Positions 56,279-64,000 of a DNA stretch of 64,000 bases are shown piece by piece. The stretch spans positions 1 through 64,000 of the IMG/VR virus record IMGVR_UViG_3300033145_000529. One strand, 5' to 3'. Below the pieces are notes generated by a model that was given only the letters and a program-made list of their open reading frames with translations, was not told where the DNA came from and searched no databases. A program made the position numbers and the translations under genes. The DNA comes from a virus. Each line of letters opens with the position of its first letter. The first letter of the stretch is position 1.

Positions 56279-57252
56279 AAAGATTATTAGACCTAGCTGG
56301 TGTGTCTACTCCTCAGTTATTAGAAATTAAGAAAGTGTTAACGGCTGGTGTTCCTGCTAGTGCAGAGGAGAATAATGATGGTGCTGTAGCTCAGTTGTGT
56401 CATAAGAGTCCTCCAAAGGGTTACCCCAAGGAGAGAGGACAATACGGTGATCCTGAGTGTTATAGATACCCACTTAACACTAAAGCTAGATGCCTAGCCG
56501 CTTGGAGATATGTTCACCAAAAGCAAAATAAATCTATCTTGGGTGGTAAGTTTAAGAAGGTAGAGAGCAAAATCAAAAGTTATGCTAAAAAGAACTATAA
56601 TTTGGATCTTCAGGTTGGTGACTCAGAGGAGTTTGATTGGGAACAAGTATTCATGGAATATTATGATGCTGAGACAATGGGTGAGCGTAGCGAGCTTATT
56701 GACCTTGAACCCGAAGATAGTGAGGTAAAAATGGAAGACAAAGAGAGAATTGAGGCTCTTGAACAGGAAAACAAAGATTTGAAGAGGGAAAAGGAGACTT
56801 GGAGCACTGAAAAATCTGCGTTGGAGATACAGGCTTTGAAGGACGAAAAGGGAACTTGGGTTACTGAAAAAGCTGACCTAGAGGGAAAGGCTTCTCAGGT
56901 TGAGACGCTCACAACTGAGCTTAACAGCCAGAAAGAAGAACTTGAGACTCTAAGAAAGTTCAAGGCTGATACTGATGAAGCCGCTGAAAGAGCGGAAAAA
57001 ATCAAGGGTATCAAAGCTAAGTTAGATGAAGCAGCAATTGAGGCTAATGTGGAAGCTGATGCCGATTACTGGTTGAGTATGACTGATGAGACCCTAGATA
57101 AGACAATTGCTAAGATGAGCGAACTGAAGAAGGGAGCAAAAGCTTCAGCAAGTATAAAAATTCCCCCTGTTGGTAGTGGAGATGAGTCTGACGCAAAAAT
57201 AGTTGTTTCAGATGGTTTGAAAGAGCTAAAACAGGCTAAGGGAGGTAGTTAA
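56275..57252 (+). CDS. putative scaffolding protein with extra N-terminal domain
   Basis: YRYPL.T..R..AAWRY domain followed by a long acidic coiled coil. Confidence 0.55.
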   Translation: MKRLLDLAGVSTPQLLEIKKVLTAGVPASAEENNDGAVAQLCHKSPPKGYPKERGQYGDPECYRYPLNTKARCLAAWRYVHQKQNKSILGGKFKKVESKIKSYAKKNYNLDLQVGDSEEFDWEQVFMEYYDAETMGERSELIDLEPEDSEVKMEDKERIEALEQENKDLKREKETWSTEKSALEIQALKDEKGTWVTEKADLEGKASQVETLTTELNSQKEELETLRKFKADTDEAAERAEKIKGIKAKLDEAAIEANVEADADYWLSMTDETLDKTIAKMSELKKGAKASASIKIPPVGSGDESDAKIVVSDGLKELKQAKGGS

Positions 57253-57254
57253 AA

Positions 57255-57869
57255 ATGGGAGTAGAAATTAGATTAAGAGGTACAGCAATTGGTTGTATAG
57301 CACAAGAAAGCATTAAAGCAGGACTTGCTGTTCAACTTGTTCCCGCAACAAATGCCCCACGTATTTTGGCTGGTAGTCCCGACCCTGACCCACGATTGCA
57401 AGATGGGATTTATAACACGTTGCAGGGAGCACAAAAACCTACAGGTGCGGGAGAGCTTGCGGCTCATTATGTAGCAGCGTTTCGTGTTTATAATGAGAAA
57501 CCACCGCTATATGAGACTCTTCCAGTGTTGGATGTTGGTGGTTCTACTGTACCTTATACAATGAGAGAATTTGTAGAAGGTGAAGAGAACCTACCTGCTG
57601 AGGATATTGACCTAAGAATGGTAGTTCCGAGATTAAAAGAAGATGCAACAATCCCTTCAGGTGCGTTGATGTTGGCTTATGATGACGGTATCTATACCGT
57701 AACAAGCGGATGCTTCGTTGCTGGTGCAACTTATGCTGTTGGTCAAAAACTTAAGGCGGGAGTTGGTGGTGTTTGGACAGAGACAGCTTTGGATGCCGAT
57801 TCGGTTGCTGTTGTTTTTGAAAGAAATAGTACCAAGAATACACTAACAATTAAGACTGAAAGGAACTAA
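57255..57869 (+). CDS. putative capsid decoration protein
   Basis: Gly/Ala/Val-rich, between scaffold and capsid. Confidence 0.45.
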   Translation: MGVEIRLRGTAIGCIAQESIKAGLAVQLVPATNAPRILAGSPDPDPRLQDGIYNTLQGAQKPTGAGELAAHYVAAFRVYNEKPPLYETLPVLDVGGSTVPYTMREFVEGEENLPAEDIDLRMVVPRLKEDATIPSGALMLAYDDGIYTVTSGCFVAGATYAVGQKLKAGVGGVWTETALDADSVAVVFERNSTKNTLTIKTERN

Positions 57870-57932
57870 AATTAGTGTACTAGACTAAAATATTGGGGGA
57901 GGTTTATTTCCTCCCCCTGAATAGGTGAAAAA

Positions 57933-58865
57933 ATGGACGAACAAAAGTTTAAAGAAGCTATGGCTCAAATAGCAAAAACTGATAAGAGAGCACTGGCTGA
58001 ACTTATTGTCGAATATGTTGACCCTAAGCACATTACTGCGGACATCGTAGGTATGTTCTTGAACACAAGATCATTAAATCCTGGTGATGCTTTGGTAAAG
58101 AAAGTGCGTAGAGGCATCGAAGTTCGTCAGTTAGTTCCTGGTCAGGATACGCTTGCTAGCCAAATCACAGTGAAAGAAGTTGTGACTTACAATTTGGATA
58201 CAGCTTACGCAGAAGTTGCCCACAATGAGTGGGAGGTAGAGTCAGGTGAAATTGGCACTGTTGACGAGATAAGACGTGAAATGATGGCTAAATTGTCAGA
58301 CTTTTATGTTGTTAAGGTTATGAATGCGTTATATACGCTGGCTACACTTGATGCTGCTAGTGGTGTCGGTGCTACAAACTTCTGGTATTTGACAAGTCTT
58401 ACTAGAAGTGCGTTGGAAGATGCCATTGATAGTATAGCGGATGTAGCTGGAAATGTAAGGGCTGTGGTTGGCAGAAGACCTACCTTAGCTCCTATTACAA
58501 AGTTTGCTGGATATAGGGTTGGTGTGGGAGCCACCGAAGCGGCTGGTTACCCCGTACCTGTTCCAAGCACTTTGGAGGAGATTAAGAGAACTGGTTGGTT
58601 TGGTATGTACTACGGCGCAAATTTTATCAGCTTAGAGCAAGTCTACGATAACCCATATGATAGAAATGGTTTAATCCAAGATGACTTAATTGTTGTTATT
58701 GGTGATAATTGTGGTGAGTTTATTACTTATGGAGACGTAAGAGAAGACCAGTGGACCGATATGGTTACTGCTCCCCCAACTTGGCACATTAGAATTTATC
58801 AGCAATTCGGTCTCCTATTTGACCGTATGGAAAATGTGGGCATCATAAGAACTGATAAAAGTTAA
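57933..58865 (+). CDS. major capsid protein
   Basis: 310 aa, position in head module, followed by a hairpin. Confidence 0.7.
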   Translation: MDEQKFKEAMAQIAKTDKRALAELIVEYVDPKHITADIVGMFLNTRSLNPGDALVKKVRRGIEVRQLVPGQDTLASQITVKEVVTYNLDTAYAEVAHNEWEVESGEIGTVDEIRREMMAKLSDFYVVKVMNALYTLATLDAASGVGATNFWYLTSLTRSALEDAIDSIADVAGNVRAVVGRRPTLAPITKFAGYRVGVGATEAAGYPVPVPSTLEEIKRTGWFGMYYGANFISLEQVYDNPYDRNGLIQDDLIVVIGDNCGEFITYGDVREDQWTDMVTAPPTWHIRIYQQFGLLFDRMENVGIIRTDKS

Positions 58866-58870
58866 ATAGT

Positions 58871-58888
58871 GGGGGGCTAAACCCCCCC
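58871..58888 (+). terminator. hairpin after capsid gene
   Basis: G-run/CTAAA/C-run stem-loop, no clear U tract. Confidence 0.45.
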
Positions 58889-58952
58889 TACTAAGAACTG
58901 GATGGAAGAGAGGTTCAGAAATTCAGTATAAAAAGCATAAAGGAGATATAGA

Positions 58953-59453
58953 ATGGAAGATAAGAAATATCCAAGAATTTTTAGGAAGGCTATAAGGGGT
59001 GCTGTTGGTGGTACGTTTATCAACACGAGGGGAGATATAGAAGAATTTCTATTAAAAGGTGACCCCCATACCAAAGATGTTGAACGGGTTGTTGTAGAGG
59101 TTCATGATGCGGAGGCTGAGAAATACTTCATTAAGCATAATAAACCTGCAATTGTCAAGGGCTATTTAGTCGAGATTAGTGAAGGTTATGAGATGACATT
59201 AGATGAGGTGAATGCGGTAAGTGATGGTTTCTTAAAAGATCTTCTAAAGCAACCGTTTATGAAGATGAAGAAGAGAGTAATAGAGTTTACGTCACCTGTT
59301 CCTGTGGATAGATTACTTACCTTTGCGTTGGAGAGTAATAAACCATTCAAGACTATTGAATTCTTGAAGGCAACTCTAAGTAGCTTCACTAAGAGGACAT
59401 TACCCAACGTAGCCGAGATAGGTGGTGTGAAGATTGGCGGTTCTACACAATAA
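58953..59453 (+). CDS. hypothetical virion-module protein
   Basis: AAGGAG RBS. Confidence 0.65.
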   Translation: MEDKKYPRIFRKAIRGAVGGTFINTRGDIEEFLLKGDPHTKDVERVVVEVHDAEAEKYFIKHNKPAIVKGYLVEISEGYEMTLDEVNAVSDGFLKDLLKQPFMKMKKRVIEFTSPVPVDRLLTFALESNKPFKTIEFLKATLSSFTKRTLPNVAEIGGVKIGGSTQ

Positions 59454-59507
59454 GTAAACATCCCCGCTAATAAGGTTGTGTTAATCTTTCCCATTGGAGT
59501 AGAGTAA

Positions 59508-59996
59508 ATGCCACAGACGACAACATTAGCATATTTGATACCTCAGTTTAGGAGACATCTATCAGATTACACGTCTCCTTATACTTATGACGATGCCACC
59601 CTGTCTGGTTTCCTATTTGACTCTATTAAAGCTTTAGGACGCAGGTGGAATAACAAATATTTTGTTGCCACAGTGAGCAGTGTCCCTAATTTAATTATTA
59701 GGAATGAGAACTCTGATTTGTTTGAATTTTCCGAGCCTCCAGTTATCCAAGGTCAGGATGAACGTGCTATTATCTTACAGGCTTCTATTATTATAAAGAG
59801 TAGCACAAAGTGGAGTGAGTCTGGTAGTGCTGTTAATTGGAGGGATGAAGAGATTTCATATTCTAATGTTCAATCAGCAAGGCAGAGAAGCTCTACATTA
59901 GATGATGATATTAGAGAACTTAATGAGCTATTTCCTGTTAAGTTAGCCCAATCTCAATATGGAAGACAGTATGGTTGGACTAGAGATTGGGAATAA
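59508..59996 (+). CDS. putative head-tail adaptor
   Basis: LI..FR..L.D...PY.YDD..L N-terminus, position after capsid. Confidence 0.5.
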   Translation: MPQTTTLAYLIPQFRRHLSDYTSPYTYDDATLSGFLFDSIKALGRRWNNKYFVATVSSVPNLIIRNENSDLFEFSEPPVIQGQDERAIILQASIIIKSSTKWSESGSAVNWRDEEISYSNVQSARQRSSTLDDDIRELNELFPVKLAQSQYGRQYGWTRDWE

Positions 59997-60103
59997 ACTT
60001 GTTTAGAGTATTAAGTGAATGTTCTCAATACTAAGTTGTTGGATTAACTATTTGATTATGGTATCGAGTACTGACTCTGACACCATTTATTATAAAGATT
60101 AAA

Positions 60104-60841
60104 TTGTATGATAAAGGAGAGGAAATTGTGGAAGAAAAGGATAGGAACAAAGTTGCTTTAAAAATTATCCAGATTTCAGACTTACATATTACTTCTTTCC
60201 GAAATCTATTATCCCCGATGATTGAGGCTATAAATCGTGAGCAAGTAGATTTAGTTGTGGTGACTGGAGATATTACTCACTATTCTGATGATAAAGACTT
60301 GTTTAAAGTGTCAGAAGCTTCTTTAAACAAGATTAGGCATAGGGTAGTTGTAATTCCTGGGGATTATGATGGGGGAGAATTGTGGAAGGATAGTTTTGGA
60401 GAGGGTCGCTTAAAGGCTTTCAATCTTAATGGTTTTTGTTTGGACTTTCTGGATACTTCATTCATGGGGCATAAATATGCTGTTGGTTGGGCGGACGTTC
60501 TGAAGGACGAAGACCCCGAACAATATGAATGGTTGAAGGAGCAGTTAAAAATTGACAAATACCATCTTGTATTTTCTCATCATCCATTTTGGACTCAACC
60601 AACAAAAGAGGGGGATGAGTACCTAAGCGATACTTTAAGGGCTGTATACTCAGGTCACTTACACGAACCAATAAAATTTTACTTTAAGTACGATAAACCT
60701 AAAGCCCACTTTCCACACGGGTTCACGTGTGTCCCAATGAAATTTCATGGTAATGCGTGTTATATGGTTATCTTGGTTAAATCTAATGGAGAGATGGTTA
60801 ATATTCCCAGGATGGTAAGTGCAAAACGAACAGCATGGTAA
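60104..60841 (+). CDS. calcineurin-like metallophosphoesterase
   Basis: SDLH, VTGD, PGDYD, HH, GHLH. Confidence 0.8.
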   Translation: MYDKGEEIVEEKDRNKVALKIIQISDLHITSFRNLLSPMIEAINREQVDLVVVTGDITHYSDDKDLFKVSEASLNKIRHRVVVIPGDYDGGELWKDSFGEGRLKAFNLNGFCLDFLDTSFMGHKYAVGWADVLKDEDPEQYEWLKEQLKIDKYHLVFSHHPFWTQPTKEGDEYLSDTLRAVYSGHLHEPIKFYFKYDKPKAHFPHGFTCVPMKFHGNACYMVILVKSNGEMVNIPRMVSAKRTAW

Positions 60842-60995
60842 TGAAATGGGTAAAGTAACACTTATTTGTCAATATTGTGGTAAGAAAAAGACTCTTTATG
60901 ATACTCCAAATATAAAACTAAAGAATTTATGACGAACCACAGCTTAGAATTACTGTTTAGAAAAGATTTGAATAAAATAAGGAGAGGGTTGGATT

Positions 60996-62306
60996 ATGAA
61001 TGGAAACAAGATTAAGTTGCTTTGGATTGGTGATAGCCCTGCTGTATCAACTGGATTCGGTCGTGTGTCGCAGGGAGTTTTAGAGGGATTATTTCAAAGT
61101 GGAAGATATGATATATCGGTTCTTGGTATTAACCATCCGATTGGTGACCCCCACCGTTATGAAGGTATATTTAGAGTTTACCCCGCCAGAGCGAGGGGGA
61201 ACATTTATGGGTTTAACAGAGTTAAAGAGATTATCACAAAAGAGAAACCTGACCTAATCATAATTAATAATGATTTATGGATAGTGTCGGAGTACGCTAA
61301 GGAAGTTCCTGAAAATAATAGGATTATTACTTATTCACCAGTGGATGCCTTACCTGTTCAGAAAGAGTGGATAGAAGTTCTGGAGAGGGTGAACGCTAGA
61401 GTTGCAACTTATACGGAGTTTGCTAAAGATGGTATACAAGTTGTAAGAGATATTCCTGTAGATGTTATTGGTCATGCTGTAGATACTGATGAATTCTATC
61501 CAATAGAGGATGCTAGAAAGTTTATGGCAAGCATGCCACCAGATGCTTTTATTGTACAGAACATAAATCGAAATCAACCAAGGAAGAGATTAGATTTGTT
61601 CTTGAAGTCAATGCAGGTGTGGTTAGGTCGTTTACCGAAGAGTGATAGAGAAAATATTAGTTTTTATTATCACGGTACTTTAAGAGATGTCGGTTGGAAC
61701 TTGGTTCAACTAGCTCAGAGATGGGGAGTTGATGATAGGTTTTTAATAACTGACCAGACGCACATTAGTCCAGCACAAGGTGTTTCTCTCTCAATGTTAT
61801 GTAAGATATATAATTGTGCTGATGTTCATGTTATGACCTCAATGGGAGAAGGCTTTGGATTGAGCCCATTTGAGAGTGCGGCTTGTGGAGTTGCTCAAGT
61901 TGTTCCGTCCCATTCAGCTTGTAAGGAGTTATGGGAAGGCAGGACACCATTAATTAACATTGACCGTTGGGAAGTCCTTACTGGTGGTGTTAATACCGAA
62001 GGCGGAGTGATTGATGTTGAACATTTAGTGAGTATCTTAGATGACTTGTATCATAATAGAGAGAAAACTAAGGAGTATGGAAGGGCAGCCTACAATTACG
62101 TTCAATGTGAGAAGTTCACTTGGGAGTATATCGCTAGGCAATTTGATGGAATGATTCAGGAAATTATGAAAGCTGGTGACTTGTCATTGTCTAAAAAGTT
62201 TTCTACAGAAGAGCAAAAGCTCATTGAAACCCCCGCATTAGAAGGCAAGGAAGCCACTGTAGCGGGAGAAAAAGAGAAAAAAGATGGTGACGTTTCCAGT
62301 AACTAA
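60996..62306 (+). CDS. GT4 (GT-B) glycosyltransferase
   Basis: TGFGRV, HAVD, NQPRKRLD, EGFGLSPFESAACGV; paralog of 54396..55547. Confidence 0.88.
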   Translation: MNGNKIKLLWIGDSPAVSTGFGRVSQGVLEGLFQSGRYDISVLGINHPIGDPHRYEGIFRVYPARARGNIYGFNRVKEIITKEKPDLIIINNDLWIVSEYAKEVPENNRIITYSPVDALPVQKEWIEVLERVNARVATYTEFAKDGIQVVRDIPVDVIGHAVDTDEFYPIEDARKFMASMPPDAFIVQNINRNQPRKRLDLFLKSMQVWLGRLPKSDRENISFYYHGTLRDVGWNLVQLAQRWGVDDRFLITDQTHISPAQGVSLSMLCKIYNCADVHVMTSMGEGFGLSPFESAACGVAQVVPSHSACKELWEGRTPLINIDRWEVLTGGVNTEGGVIDVEHLVSILDDLYHNREKTKEYGRAAYNYVQCEKFTWEYIARQFDGMIQEIMKAGDLSLSKKFSTEEQKLIETPALEGKEATVAGEKEKKDGDVSSN

Positions 62307-62733
62307 ATCAACCAAAGATGCGATTAGGCAAGCAATCGGTCAAACGGTTATATTTGTGATTCGTGGTGACCCCACACCCTGTCTCGTATGTAGTGGGTTA
62401 AACCATTATGACGAGGTAAATGAGGTTAGTCTTAACCCGTACTGTACAACTTGTTCTGGTCAATATTGGTTGACTGTTGATACTCTTTCTGGTATTATCT
62501 CCCATGTCAGGTGGAGAACTCAAGACCAACCCGATATGGGGGTAGGTGGGAAAACTTTTGAAGGTGATTGTTTTGTCACCATTGATATAAATGCTATCTC
62601 AGCTTCTAATATTGTCAAAATAAAAGAAGTAAGAGTGGACTCAAGGAAACTACAAGTATATAGGGTTATACAAAGAGGTGTTCCTATAAGAGATAGGGTA
62701 CGCTTTGTGTGTAGAGAATTTGGTAAGGAATAG
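62284..62733 (+). CDS. putative head-closure protein with zinc finger
   Basis: CLVC...CTTC.G.YW; position. Confidence 0.45.
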   Translation: MVTFPVTKSTKDAIRQAIGQTVIFVIRGDPTPCLVCSGLNHYDEVNEVSLNPYCTTCSGQYWLTVDTLSGIISHVRWRTQDQPDMGVGGKTFEGDCFVTIDINAISASNIVKIKEVRVDSRKLQVYRVIQRGVPIRDRVRFVCREFGKE

Positions 62734-62744
62734 AAGGGGAGGTA

Positions 62745-62969
62745 ATGATGGACAAATTTGAAGGGTTGACAGAACTGGAAATCGTAAAGCTTATTAATAA
62801 ACGTAAGAAAAGATATTGTGCAATAGCATTAAATGACCTTGAAGAAGAAATACAGGAAGAGGAGTTATTTAAGAAAGTAAGGAAAATTCTTCTCGATAAT
62901 ATGAATAGCTTTACGAGGAGCATTTTTACGGTGGTTGGAGTTAATGTAGAAGGGATTGAGGATGATTAG
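62745..62969 (+). CDS. hypothetical protein
   Basis: GGAGG RBS. Confidence 0.65.
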   Translation: MMDKFEGLTELEIVKLINKRKKRYCAIALNDLEEEIQEEELFKKVRKILLDNMNSFTRSIFTVVGVNVEGIEDD

Positions 62970-62972
62970 TAA

Positions 62973-63845
62973 ATGGAATATCGCTTTACACATAGGATAT
63001 TCAACTTTAACCCTGTGGGGGTTCTGACAATATTAGGAATTACCCCCAAAGCATATCCACTTCGATATTATTCTCTTGTAAGTGAGGTTTATTACACAAT
63101 AGAGACTCAAGTAAGGGTTGCAGCACAGAAGCTAAATTTCTTGATAAGGGGAGAGTATAGGAAAGATATGCAGGACATTGAAGAGTATAGTAGGTTTCCT
63201 GGGTATCTCTCAGTAATGGAGCAAGCATTAAGCGACCCCGCTCACATAGGTACTTATTGGGATAAAAAGAATGTAATTCAAGCGAGATTTATTAATACTG
63301 AGAAATTAGGTGATGTTGGTGACCTTCAAGCAATACAACAACTTGCGTACCCAACAAGAGGTAGTTTGGACAGGTGGCGGGGTTTGTACATTGCTTGGGT
63401 ACAGGGAAGGAGTAACAAATATGCTGAGACAGTTGGGCAGAGATTGGACCTGATGAGGTCTTTTGGTCTAGCCCCATTTTGGGAATTAATTGAATTCGGA
63501 AATCAACAATACTCCGCATACCCTACCAATGGTCCAAAGAGAACTCTCTCTAACTTTAGAGGCGTATATAATCGAGAAATGCTTGTTGCTTATAACAAGG
63601 TGTTGGGGATTGTGCGACAGTTGAGAGGAGTACCTGACATTGCTCTTAGGGAATTTGACACTGTTACGGTTACGTACTTAAATCAACCCCAACTTGGATA
63701 TGCATGGAAATCAAGGATGGGTAATAATATATTTGTATTAGCAGGAACAGAAAGGGTTGTAAGTAATCGTCTTGTGGCTAAGGGGTTTATATTAAGCCCA
63801 CAAGGTGTAGTATTGAGAAAATGGAGTGGATGGTTGCCGAGGTAA
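62973..63845 (+). CDS. hypothetical virion-module (neck/tail completion-like) protein
   Basis: APFWELIEFG resembles the neck-protein EFG motif; position. Confidence 0.45.
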   Translation: MEYRFTHRIFNFNPVGVLTILGITPKAYPLRYYSLVSEVYYTIETQVRVAAQKLNFLIRGEYRKDMQDIEEYSRFPGYLSVMEQALSDPAHIGTYWDKKNVIQARFINTEKLGDVGDLQAIQQLAYPTRGSLDRWRGLYIAWVQGRSNKYAETVGQRLDLMRSFGLAPFWELIEFGNQQYSAYPTNGPKRTLSNFRGVYNREMLVAYNKVLGIVRQLRGVPDIALREFDTVTVTYLNQPQLGYAWKSRMGNNIFVLAGTERVVSNRLVAKGFILSPQGVVLRKWSGWLPR

Positions 63846-63853
63846 AGGAGTTT

Positions 63854-64000
63854 ATGATGGAAGATACAAAAAGAAATGGGCTATTGGAGGCTGCGATAAG
63901 GCAAGCTACTGAGAAGTTAGTAGAGAAAGGAGTTGAGGGTTGTACAACTAAAGATGTAATCTTAGCTTCCTTTGCTTCGTTGTATATAAATGATGGTGGT
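63854..64000 (+). CDS. partial hypothetical protein
   Basis: AAGGAG RBS, open to the window end. Confidence 0.5.
   Translation, partial: MMEDTKRNGLLEAAIRQATEKLVEKGVEGCTTKDVILASFASLYINDGG

Overview
64 kb fragment of a large tailed dsDNA phage (or prophage). The 45-nt poly-G at the left edge is a sequencing artefact. The left arm (~87-27,300, minus strand) is an early/accessory region of many small ORFs driven by a family of near-consensus sigma70-type promoters. It encodes an Rnl2-type RNA ligase, a MoxR AAA+ ATPase with a VWA/metallopeptidase partner that carries an intein, Ku, an ATP-dependent DNA ligase, a frameshifted RtcB and two HNH endonucleases. A repeat-rich divergent region (27.3-29.5 kb) separates the arms. 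The right arm (plus strand) encodes a tmRNA with an unusually long tag, a ClpP-like protease, dUTPase, class II ribonucleotide reductase, terminase and portal. These are followed by a ~13 kb nucleotide-sugar/glycosyltransferase island (complete rmlACDB plus GTs and tailoring enzymes) inside the head module, then head protease, scaffold, major capsid and head-completion genes. Strongest leads: (1) a portable C-x2-C-x2-[RK]F-x-C-[FYW]-T motif in 11 otherwise unrelated small proteins; (2) a probable self-contained virion glycosylation pathway; (3) a tmRNA with a 39-codon non-canonical tag near a phage ClpP. All calls come from motif reading by eye; no database searches were run.
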